A stretch of 64,000 nt of DNA from Eledone cirrhosa (taxonomy: Eukaryota). Position numbers and translations under genes: made by a program. This document shows positions 1 to 10,900 of this stretch, in pieces. The stretch lies in the NCBI GenBank assembly GCA_964016885.1, contig OZ024744.1, positions 57,846,001 through 57,910,000 of the forward strand, written 5' to 3'. A model generated the notes under the pieces. That model saw only the letters and a list, made by a program, of their open reading frames with translations. It was not told the DNA's origin and ran no database searches. The number at the start of each line of letters is the position of its first letter. The stretch's first letter is position 1.

Positions 1-2260
1 TTGCCATATCCCATCTTAGGAGCGGATTTCCTCCACAACTTCTCTTTAACTGTGGACGTCCGTGGCCAACGCCTGGTGGATAACATCACCGGCTTTTCAA
101 TTCATGGCCAGGAAGCCAATGCCCCAATAGTCAGCCCCATGTTCTTTATCACTGCCGCTGGAGACGCCTACCATGCGTTACTGGGTTCTTTCCCGGAGCT
201 CACCGATGGAAATTTTCGAGTCACTGACCCAACACACTCGACCGAACATTTCGTTTCCACCACCGGTGCCCCAGTGTTTTCGCGTCCACGCCGCTTACCG
301 ACGGAAAAATTAAAGGCAGCACGGTCCGAGTTCGACCATATGCTGCAGCTGGGCATTATTCGCCCATCTACGAGTCCTTGGGCTTCACCGTTACACATGG
401 TGCCCAAGACTTCCGGCGACTGGAGAACCACTGGGGATTATAGGAGGTTAAATGCCATGACCGTCCCGGATAGGTATCCCATTCCCCATCTCCACGATTT
501 TGCATCTTCACTGCAGGGGTGTAAGATTTTTTCTAAGTTAGATTTAGTGCGAGCCTACCACCAAATTCCGGTCAGGAAGGAGGATATTCCGAAAACGGCG
601 ATTACAACCCCTTTCGGATCATTCGAATTTTTTACCATGCCTTTCGGACTCAGAAACGCCGCTAGCACTTTTCAGCGGTTCATAGACGAGATTCACGCGT
701 GGTCTGGACTTCGTTTATGCTTACATAGACGATATTCTCGTCGCTAGTTCCTCTCCGGAAGAGCATATGCGCCACATGCTTCTCTTATTTCAGCGACTTC
801 AGGATTACCGCGTTCGTGTGAATCCTACAAAGTGTGTTTTCGGTTCCACTTCCCTACATTTTTTAGGCCACCTCATCGACGCCGAAGGTATTAGGCCGGT
901 CCCTCAGCGAGTTCAAGCCATACAGGAGTTACCTCCGCCTACTACACTTCACCAGTTGCGTCACTTCTTAGGCCTAATCAATTTCTATAGGCGTTTCATT
1001 CCTCATTGTGCTAATTGGCTATCTTCCCTTACTGACATTTTAAAAAATCGTCGTAAGAAGAATGAAGACATTTCCTTGACACAAGGACAGCTTCAGGACT
1101 TCCAGACTGCCAAGACAGCACTCGCTAGTTCATCTTTGCTAGCCCACCCGGTACCAGAGGCCAAGCTTTCGCTTTGTGTTGATGCATCTGATACCGCTGT
1201 AGGAGCAGTTTTACAGCAGTCTTACGCTGAAAAACAACAACCTTTGGCATTTTTCTCGAGGAAGTTGAAACCAGCAGAAACGCGTTATAGCACGTTTGGG
1301 CGGGAATTATTAGCCATATATCTGTCGGTTAAACATTTCTCTCATATTCTTGAGGGGAGAAATTTTACGGTTTTTACCGACCACAAGCCGTTGACCTTCG
1401 CTTTGAGGGCCAAAGCCGACAGATATTCGCCCAGAGAGACAAGGCACCTGGACTACGTTTCACAATTTACAAACGATATCCAGCACATTGCCGGCTCGCA
1501 TAACATAGTTGCAGACGCATTATCACGTTTGCCAATTAGCTCCATCTCGTCATCCCAGGAGATCGACTTAGGTCGTTTAGCTGCAGACCAACCTGCACTC
1601 CAATCGTTGGACACTCTTTCTACTGAATTTGCGACTTGCATTTTCAAATATCTGCCCTTGTCCACCACCGACAAGCAGATTCTATGTGATGTATCTACTG
1701 ATGCACCACGACCATTTGTTCCTGAGACTCACCGTCGAATTGTGTTCCTGGCTTTGCACAACATTTCTCATCCAGGATCTGCTGCCACAGTTAAACTCAG
1801 TTATACAGCCAGATTCTTCTGGCCAAATATGAGGCGCGACATTGCTGCTTAGTGCCGTTCCTGTATCGCTTGCCAGAAATCGAAGATCCATAGACACATC
1901 GGGACTCCACTTGGTACTTTCAGTACTCCAGATGCTCGGTTCCAACACATCCACATTGACATCGTTGGACCTTGGCCATTCAGCAGTGGATATTCTTACA
2001 TATTGACGTGTGTCGATCGTTTTTCAAGGTGGCCTGAAGCCATCCCTTTACAAGACATGACTGCTGAGACAGTAGCACGTGCCCTGGTATCAGGGTGGAT
2101 TACCCGCTTTGGGGTACCAACTACACTCACCACAGACCGTGGTAGACAATTCGAGTCCCATCTCTTCTCTGAGCTCACAAAAATAATTGGAGCTCAACGG
2201 ATTCGGACCACAGCCTATCATCCTGCTTCAAATGGAATGGTGGAACGATTCCACCGCCAA
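1..2260 (+). pseudogene. pol: Ty3/Gypsy LTR retrotransposon pol remnant (protease end, RT, RNase H, integrase), disrupted and 3'-truncated
   Basis: ILGADFL (protease end); [30 protein letters not shown] and MPFGLRNA (RT); YIDD at 722-733 after a frameshift near 692; DASDTAVG, RELLAIY and TDHKPL (RNase H); H..H..C..C zinc finger and [27 protein letters not shown] (integrase). TAG at 1850-1852 replaces an expected Trp. Ends in a (TA)/(TG) microsatellite at ~2261. Confidence 0.95.
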
Positions 2261-2757
2261 TATATATATATATGTGTGTGTGTGTGTGTCTGTGTGTATG
2301 TGTCTGTGTGTGTGTGGTGTATATATATATATAATTATGCACTAAGCAGCTGAAGGATATGATAAAGTTACACATTTGTTTGTATATAGATATATAAACA
2401 TGCCAAATACATACATCTCTCTGTAAATTGAAAAAAATGATAAATATTTATCAATTTTTGAATCGTCTTCATCAGAAGGCGTGTATATCATCTAAACAAC
2501 CTCAAAAAAAAAAAAATACACAACTCATTGGTTTATGTACCCTATCACCCACAGTAGTATCCCAAGATGGATATATACTAATCTGCACATTATTAGTGCT
2601 TATGTTGGTAGTTAATTAAAATATATATATATTAAGTTGTGTGCAAAGCAGTTGAAACACCAAGTAAAGTTATGGCTGTATATATATATTTACTGAATAG
2701 AAGTAGCTGAGACTGTGTAAAGGTGTATACAAATTTACAGGTTATTTTATATATATA

Positions 2758-3352
2758 CTAGCATTAAAGCTCGGCGTTGCTCGGGGTCAGTAAGTTACCA
2801 AAGTTAGGTTGCACCACCCATTTTATGGCAGCACTTTTTTGTCTGCCAGGCACTGGGTGAATGAATTGCAGACCTGGACTGCCGAAGCAGGAGCTGTACC
2901 AGCAGTGACAATTGTAGTTTCGCCTATGGATATTATCTCTGTGCAAAGAAGTGTTGAAATTTATTGTTTCACAGTACTTGCGCAACACGCGCGTAGACGA
3001 TGCCAGCCGAACAACAGAACTGCGCTGGAGTTGTTCTGCATGGTTGTCTAATATGTGTTTTCTAAATTTAAGACAGTAGGGAGGGGTGTGATATGGGGGA
3101 GAGTTAGCTGCTGTTTCTAGCAGGTTTAGTGACCTCATAGAGGATATTATTGTGTATAGTAAATAAACTGATACTTCTTTCTTCCACGTTCGTTGAGAGA
3201 TGTTTTAAAAAAGATTTATCGTTATTTTTTTTTTTGTTGTTGAATAAATTTATCTGTTGCTTTTGAATAATTGTTGTTTCGTATGAAATGTAATAAGTTG
3301 TCTTTGTCATTGAAGTAAATAAATGTTTGACCGTTGCACACTCAAAAACAAA

Positions 3353-3386
<34 letters not shown>

Positions 3387-3734
3387 TTCCTTTCTTTCTC
3401 TCTTCTTTCTTCGACGTTCCTAAAGGAAGTTTGTAAGTTTAAGCGTATATAAGAGAAAGTTGCAGCATGTATGTAGTTTTATCGGATTTTAAGGAGAGTA
3501 GAGAGAGGTATCAGATTGTATTAGAGGGGTAAAGCGTCATGTATTTAGTTTTATCGATTATTTCCGTAATTGTGGATGAGTTTCAAAGAAATAAATAATC
3601 GTTGACCTAAGTTAGACCATTTACAACATTCTTACTGACGTTGAGTCGAATCGGTTTGAAATTGTGCAAATGTATAAACATGGAACATGCACACACATAC
3701 CACACAACAACAATCTGCCTTTTATAGATAATGA
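2758..3734 (-). mobile_element. Probable non-autonomous Helitron
   Basis: Minus strand ends CTAG|T (2758-2761) with an imperfect GC-rich hairpin just upstream (ctcggcgttgctcggg, 2770-2785). The other end reads A|TC on the minus strand at 3728 or 3734. No TSD, TA-rich flanks, internal (TC)n tract. Confidence 0.55.
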
Positions 3735-3808
3735 TATATATATAAAAACAAATAACGAAACGAAATTAAATTTCGTTTCGCTTCTAACTCACTTTTGTAT
3801 AACTTAAT

Positions 3809-3811
<3 letters not shown>

Positions 3812-3867
<56 letters not shown>
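3812..3867. repeat. (TA)n microsatellite
   Basis: Direct reading. Confidence 0.95.
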
Positions 3868-3871
<4 letters not shown>

Positions 3872-4076
3872 GATATCCACGGTAAGTTGTGGGGTCTAGT
3901 CTGCATGAAGAACTCAATGTAATCCATATGTTGAAAATGTTGTAGGTTAAAATAAATCCCGGAAAACAATAAAACATTAAAAGGAAAACAGAGTCATGCT
4001 ATAAGTTAAAACAATGAAATAAAAAATCAAGTCATTAGAAATATACTTCACTGCTTTACGATCGTTTCTAGGTGAT

Positions 4077-4269
4077 GATAATTGTTTCTACTTTTGGCAC
4101 AAGGCCAGCAATTACCCAGTGCATTACTGGTACTTTATTTTATCGACCCCGTAAGGATGAAAGGCAAAGTCAACCTCGGCGGGATTTGAACTCAGATCGT
4201 AAAGAGACGTAACTATGCTGGAAAGCATGGCGTCCGACCCTCTACTGATACTGCCAATCCACCGCCCTA
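4077..4269 (-). mobile_element. tRNA-derived SINE with Deu/Nin-like central domain (family A)
   Basis: Minus strand has A-box-like TGGCAGTATCAG, B box GAGTTCAAATCC, then GCCTTTCATCCTTACGGGGTCGATAAAATAAAGTACCAG. Four further copies occur in the window. Confidence 0.8.
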
Positions 4270-4357
4270 CTATAAATACATAAATAATGCTCAGAAAATA
4301 GAGACTTTGAAATGTTATGAGAAGTTGCTGAATGGGTTAAATATGTGAGAGAAAGAA

Positions 4358-4880
4358 GGAGGCACATGGCTTAGTGGTTAGAGCATTGGGCTTGCAATCG
4401 AAAGGTTGTGAGTTCAATTCTCAGACCGGGTGATGTGTTGTTTCCTTGAGCAAGACACTTTATTTCACATTGCTCCAGTTTACTCAGCTGTAGAAATGAG
4501 ATGATAGGGACAGGGGTCCCTATCATTCCACTGCAAAGTCGACATGTAGGTGCCACAGCAAAAAAGCGCCCAGCACACACTGTAAAGTGGTCATGGAGGT
4601 GCAACGGCAAAAACGCATACAGCCGACACTGTAAAGTGGACGTGTAGGCGCCACGGCAAAAAAGCACCCAGCCCACACTGTAAAGTGGACGTGTAGGTGC
4701 CACGGCAAAAAAGCGCCCAGCACTCACTGTAAAGTGGACATGTAGGCGCCACGGCAAAAAAGCACCCAGCACTCACTGTAAATGAGGTGGTGTTAGGAAG
4801 GGCATCCAGCTGTAGAAATCAAGCCAGAATCAGTTCCCGTCCCACCCTTGCAAGCAGGGAAAAGTGGACGTAAAATGATG
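4358..4880 (+). mobile_element. tRNA-derived CORE-like SINE with RTE-type tail (family B), with an internal 49-bp tandem expansion
   Basis: A box TGGCTTAGTGG (4367), B box GTTCAATTC (4412), CORE-like CCTTGAGCAAGACACTT...CAGTTTACTCAGCTGTAGAAATG, and tail GCAAGCAGGGAAAAGTGGACGTAAAATGATG. Close copies at 6288 and 61095. Confidence 0.85.
4529..4782 (+). repeat. 49-bp minisatellite (5 units plus a partial) inside SINE B
   Basis: CACTG starts at 4529, 4578, 4627, 4676, 4725 and 4774. Confidence 0.92.
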
Positions 4881-5039
4881 AAAAAAACTGATGAAAGAAG
4901 GATTACCCCAGCTGACCCAACAGAGGGACTGGTGACTGAGATCAATAGTTATATGGTTTACGAGGTCATTACATGTAGAAAAAAAAAGCAGCTAAACCAT
5001 CTGGGATAGTCTGACATTCTAAAAATATCTGACAAAATA

Positions 5040-5795
5040 GTGCTTTAGCTAGTTACTTGCATAGTCAACCAGATAAAACATAATGGTGTAACACCAAATG
5101 ACTGGCATAGCAGTATAATCATCAATTGTTATAAAGGGAAAGTGATACTCTAGAACGGATCATCTACAGAGATATTAAATTGATGGATCAAGAAATGAAT
5201 TACTAAAAGAGTGTTAGCATGACTAATTATAGAAAAAGTCATATTAGATGAAATGCTGTTTGGTTTTGTGCTAGAACAGAATACCACCAGCAGTGTCTTC
5301 TTAGTGAGATAATTACAAGAGAAGTTCCTAGCCAAGTGTAAGCTGATAAATCTAGCTTTCATTGACCTGGAGAAGTCCTTTGATAGAGTATTATGATCTG
5401 TTATTTGGTGGTACTTAAGAAAACTGGATGTAAAAGAATGTCTTGAGGGGAACAGGTGTGTGCTCTCAGTAAAGTGAAAGTAGGTAATGAGTTCAGTAAG
5501 GAATTCAATGTGCAAGTAGATGTCCATGATAATTCTCCAGGCTATAACAGAGGAGTTTAACCCTTTAGCATTTAAACCGGCCATATCCAGCTAGAATTCT
5601 CTCACCTCTTTCTGTTCAAACCTGCTGTAACTTGCTACTCACATAGATGTTAAGGTATTGTTTTCACAATAAATTATATCAAAATCTCATAGATTCAATA
5701 TCATGTGAGATAAAGCTGTTACCATGAAAATACAATAGTAAATATAGAGTAATATTAAAGGGTTAAGTCTGGCTGTCAGTGGAAACTCCAACATG
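5040..5795 (+). pseudogene. Decayed RTE-clade LINE reverse-transcriptase fragment, interrupted by a MITE
   Basis: Degenerate translation LFGFV..NTT..VFLVR*LQEKFLAK..LAFIDLEKSFDRV, then AITEEFK|SGCQWKLQHAD across the insertion. Homologous to the minus-strand RTE at 58126-58461. Confidence 0.8.
5561..5762. mobile_element. piggyBac-like MITE (202 bp)
   Basis: TTAA on both sides (5557-5560 and 5763-5766). Termini CCCTTTAGCATT...AATATTAAAGGG match 10/12 as inverted repeats. RTE homology resumes after it. Confidence 0.85.
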
Positions 5796-6029
5796 CTGAT
5801 CACTCAATTGGTACTCAGCCATTCTGCAGATTTATATCTCTCTCCTGATATAACAATCACAATGATATCCATTCAATAGCTGTCAATAGCTGTTGATGAG
5901 AACTTTCTCATATTCATATACCATTAATTTTTCTTCTTTTTTTGTTATCTGTTATCAGTATTCCTGACTAACCTCCTGATCAATTGTGCAATTCATTTCA
6001 CACACACACACTCATACACACACACAGAT

Positions 6030-6089
<60 letters not shown>

Positions 6090-6287
6090 AATTGTAAGAA
6101 AGTCAAGGATTAGAAATTATTCTAAATGTTTTCATACATCTCTACAAACGTTTTAATACGGCAAGAATATCAAATCCATTAGCAGAGCTACTGGAGATTA
6201 TTATCCAATACTTATCTCCATTATGAGTGCTTTGAGCTTATCTCATCTTACCAAAGAAAATAGAAAGTACCTCATATATATATATAT

Positions 6288-6629
6288 GGAGGCACATGGC
6301 TTAGTGGTTAGAGCATTGGCCTTGCAATCGAAAGGTTGTAAGTTCAATTCTCAGACCGGGTGACGTGTTGTTTCCTTGAGCAAGACACTTTATTTCACAT
6401 TGCTCCAGTTTACTCAGCTGTAGAAATGAGATGATAGGGACTGGGTTCCCTATCATTCCACTGCAAAGTGGTTGTAGAGACGCCACAGTAAAAAAGCACC
6501 CAGCACTCACTGTAAATGAGGTTGGTGTTAGGAAGGGCATCCAGCTGTAGAAATCAAGCCAGAATCAGTTCCTGTCCCACCCTTGCAAGCAGGGAAAAGC
6601 GGACGTAAAATGATGATGATGATGATGAT
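6288..6629 (+). mobile_element. CORE-like SINE family B, full length
   Basis: Near-identical to the 61095 copy, ends in (GAT)n, and sits in a TA tract. Confidence 0.88.
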
Positions 6630-6710
6630 ATATATACATGTGTGTGTGTGGGTGCCGGGTTCAATTGGGAGTAACCACAGTAAGTAAGGTACTCAATACA
6701 TTAGTAGAGT

Positions 6711-6848
6711 ATATACAAAATTTAATACAGAAATGGTTTCTACAAGACTAGAACTGTTTCATTCGAAGAAAATCATCAGAAAAGCCCTTCCTTCGAATGA
6801 AACAGTTCTAATCCTGTAGAAGCCATTGCTATATTCAATTTTATATAT
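6711..6848. repeat. Inverted repeat (core arms 6732-6768 and 6791-6827), possibly Penelope-derived
   Basis: aatggtttctacaagactagaactgtttcattcgaag versus cttcgaatgaaacagttctaatcctgtagaagccatt. The minus strand has CTGATGA...GAAAC. Confidence 0.8.
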
Positions 6849-6881
6849 ATATATATAAGTATATGTGTGTGACACATATAT

Positions 6882-7110
6882 CATCATCATCATCATCATC
6901 ATCATTATCATCAACATTTAACATTTAACATCATCATCAACATTCAACATCGATTTTCCACACTTGCATGGATTAGACAGGTTGTCACATTATGGGGCAA
7001 ATCAGGTCAGATGACCATATCTTGCCCATACAGATTTGTATTTTAACTTGGTTTGTATGAGTGGATGCCCTTCCTAACACCAACCACTTTAGAGTGTTGA
7101 TTGAATGCTT
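6882..7110 (-). mobile_element. SINE/RTE-type 3' tail fragment with (CAT)n
   Basis: ggatgcccttcctaacaccaacc is the reverse complement of the family B tail motif, and there is a (CAT)n tract at the left end. Confidence 0.7.
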
Positions 7111-7139
7111 TTTATCGAAGCATCAAAACAACCATCTAA

Positions 7140-7915
7140 CAGGGTGGATAAGCTGTAAAGAACCCATGTCTTACAAGTGGAGAACTTTTCGAGCACATTG
7201 GCGAAACAATTGTGTCCAGAACTACCTGATGTCGTCATCTGAAAAAGGTAAAAAAACCACTGTCATCAGTTAAAAGGTCTCCTCTAAACAAAATATGTAC
7301 ATAAAATCGTCTGAAATGAGCAGAAGATAGCATGAACTTTTCAAAAGTTTTGTTTATGGATTAAACTCATGCTGCACTTGATGGACCTGATGGATAGAGA
7401 TTGTCATCAACGCTTGAGATGCCAACAAAGAACAGAAGGAGGCATCATGATTTGGGCAGGTATTATTGGAGGTATTATGGCTGGTCCTTGGAAAGTGGCT
7501 GACAGGGTTAAAATTACTGCAGATGATTACATAGCCTTTCCGAGGGAGCACCTTGAACCTTGGTTAAAAAAGAAAAGGATCATCTTCAAGACAACCATAA
7601 TAATCATGCAAGATAAAGCACCCTTGCACTCAATGAAGAAAACTAAAGAGTATCTGCAACAATTAGGCTTCTGTGGACATTGGAAGATAACATGGACACC
7701 CTATTCCCTCGAACTAAAGGAAATAGAAAATTGTGGAATATTCTAAACTGATGTCTTTGCAGGAATGGTCACCAATTTAGGAGCAAGGATGACCTGTGGC
7801 AGGCAATAGTGAATGTATCTTGTAGTATAACATCAGAGGAGATCTAGAAATCAACATGTTCCATGGATCGGCACCTTTTTCAGCTTATTACTAAGGCTCA
7901 TATATCCTCTACTAA
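7140..7915 (+). pseudogene. Tc1/mariner transposase remnant, DD37E spacing (TRT-like), 5'-truncated
   Basis: KNPCLTSGELF..VSRTT*CRHL..PLNK..RLK*A; FSKVLFMD*THAALDGPDG*; QQRTEGGIMIWAGI; MQDKAPLH...WTPYSLELKEIEN with 37 residues between D and E; C-terminus SKDDLWQAI..SMDRHLFQLITK. Multiple stops and frameshifts. Confidence 0.9.
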
Positions 7916-10900
7916 CCAGCTATTCTATCCCCTTCTGACCAGCTCATATACCCCTACTAACTAGCTCATCTATCCCGGACTAACCAGCCCATCTATCCCC
8001 CACTAACCTGCTCATCTATACCCTAATAACCAACTCATACATCCACTACAAACCAGCTCATATATCCCCTACTATCCAGCTCATATAGCCCCTACTAACC
8101 AGCTCATATACCCTTACTAACCAGCTCATATATCCCCTACTAACCAGCTTATATATCCCCTACTTACCAGCTCATATATCCCTTATTAACCAGGTCATAT
8201 ATATCCCATACTTACAAGCACATATATCCCATAGTAACCAGTTCATATCTCCCCTACTAACCAGCTCATCTATCCCTTACTAACCAGTTCATATATCCCC
8301 AACTAACCAGTTCATCTATGCCCTACTAACCAGCTCATATATCCCCTACTAACCAGCTCATATATCCCTTACTAACCAGTTCACATATCCTCTACTAACC
8401 AGCTGATATATCCCCTACTAACCAGCTCATATATCTCCTTCTAACCAGCTCATATACCCCCTACTAAGCCGCTCATACAGCCCTACTAACCACTACTAAC
8501 CAGTTCATATATCCCCTACTAACTAGTTCATATATCCCCTACTAACCAGCTAAACTATCTCGTACGAACCAGTTCATATTTCCCTTGGAACCGGCTCATA
8601 TATCCCCTACTAACCAGCTCATATATCCCTTACTAACCATCTCATATCTCCCCTACTAACCAGCTCATATATCCCCTAATAACCAGCTAATCTATCCCCT
8701 ACTAACCAGCTCATCTATCCCCTACTAACCAGTTCATATATCCTCTACTAACCAGCTCATATATCCCCTACTAACCAGCTCATCTATCCCCTACTAACAG
8801 GCTCATCTATCCCCTATTAACCAGCTCATCTATCCCACTACTAACCAGCTCAAATATCCCCTACTAACCAGCTCATATATCCCCTTCTAACCAGCACATA
8901 TATCCCATACTAACCAGTTCATATATCCCCTACTAACCAGCTCATATATCCAATACTAACCAGCTCATCTATCCCTTACTAACCAGTTCATATATCCCCA
9001 ACTAACCAGTTCATCTAAGCCCTACCTACCAGTTCATATATCCCCTACTAACCAGCTCATATATCCCCTACTAACCAGCTCATATATCCCCTGCTAACCA
9101 GCTCATCTATACACTACTAACCAGTTCATATATCCCCAACTAACCAGCTCATATATCCCCTACTAACCAGCTCATATATCCCTTACTAACCAGCTCATAT
9201 TTCCGCTACTAACCAGCTCATATATCCCTTACTAACCAGCTCATATATCCCCTACTAACCAACTCATATACCCCCTACTAACCAGCTCATCTATCCTCTA
9301 CTAACCAGCTCATTTATCTCCTATTAACCAGGTCATCTATCCTCTACTAACCAGCTCATATATCCCCCACTAACCAGCTCATATATCCCCTACAAACCAG
9401 CTATTATAACCCATACTAACCAGCTTATATATCACATATTAACCAGCTCATATATCCCCTATTAACCAGCTCATCTATCCCCTACTAACCAACTCGTTTA
9501 TCCCTTGCTAACCAGGTGGTATATCCCCAACTAAGCAGCTCAACTATCCCATACTAACCAGTTCATATATCCCCTACTAACCAGCTCATGTATCCCCTGC
9601 TAACCAGCTCACCTATCCCCTAATAACCAGCTCATCTATCCCCTACTCACCAGTTCATCTATCCCCTACTAACCAATTCATCTATCCCCTAATAACCAGC
9701 TCATATATCCCCTATTAACCAGCTCATATACCCTTACTAAACAGCTCATATATCCCCTACTAACCAGCTTATATATCCCCTACTAACCAGCTCCTATATC
9801 CCTTATTAACCAGGTCATATATCCCCTGCTAAACCGGCTCATATATCCTTACTAACCAGCTTACATAACCCCTACTGACCATCTCTTATATAGCCTACTA
9901 AGAAGCTCATCTATCCCCTACTAACCAGGTTATATATCCCTTACTAACCAGCTCATATATCCCTTACTAACCAGCTCATCTACACCCTACTAACCAGTTC
10001 ATATATCCCCTACTAACCAGCTAATATATGCCCTACTAACCAGTTCATATATCCCCTACTAACCAGCTCATATATCCCCTACTAACCAGCTCAGATATCT
10101 CCATCTAGTTAGCACATATACCCCCTACTAACCAGCTCATACACACCCTCCTAACCAGTAGTAACCATCTCATATATCCCCTACTAACCAGCTCATATAT
10201 TCCTTACTAACCACCTCATAAATACCTTACTAATCAGCTCATATATCCCCTACTAACCAGATCATATATCCCCTACTAACCAGTTCATATATCCCCTACT
10301 AACCAGCTCATCTATCCCCTACTAACCAGCTCATCTACCCCTACTATCCAGGTTATATATCCCTTAATAACCAGCTCATATATCCACTAGTAACCATATC
10401 ATATATCCCCTGCTAATCAGCTGATATATCCCATACTAACCAGTTCACATATCCAATATTAACCAGGTCATATATCCCCTACTAACCAGCATATATATCA
10501 CCTATTAACCAGCTCATATATATCCTACTAACCAGATCATCTATCACCTACTAACCAGCTCATATATAACTTACTAACCAGGTAGTATATACCCTAATAA
10601 CCAGCTCATATATCCCATACTAACAAGTTCATATATCCCCTACTAATCAGCTGATATATCCCCTACTAACCAGCTCATATATCGCTTACTAACCAGCTCA
10701 GATATCCTGTACTAACCAGCTCATACACCCCATACTAACCACTACTAAGCATTTCATATATCCCCTACTAACCATCTCATATATCCCCTACTAAGCACCT
10801 CATCTATCCCCTAATAACCAGTTCATATATCTCCTACTAACCAGCTCATATATCCCCTACTAACCAGCTCATATATCCTTACTAACCACCTCATATATCC

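Noticed and set aside
2455-2480. Minus-strand CTGATGA core
   Set aside because: No stem II or GAAA at a suitable distance.
2764-3138. 124-aa and 80-aa overlapping ORFs
   Set aside because: No recognisable domain, and they lie inside a probable non-autonomous Helitron.
4358-4430. tRNA gene (also at 6288 and 61095)
   Set aside because: A and B boxes are present, but they continue into a SINE body and tail in three dispersed copies.
4371-6540. Apparent gene family MPFLTPTSF...CSNH (4371, 6301, 61108)
   Set aside because: These are antisense ORFs of SINE family B copies.
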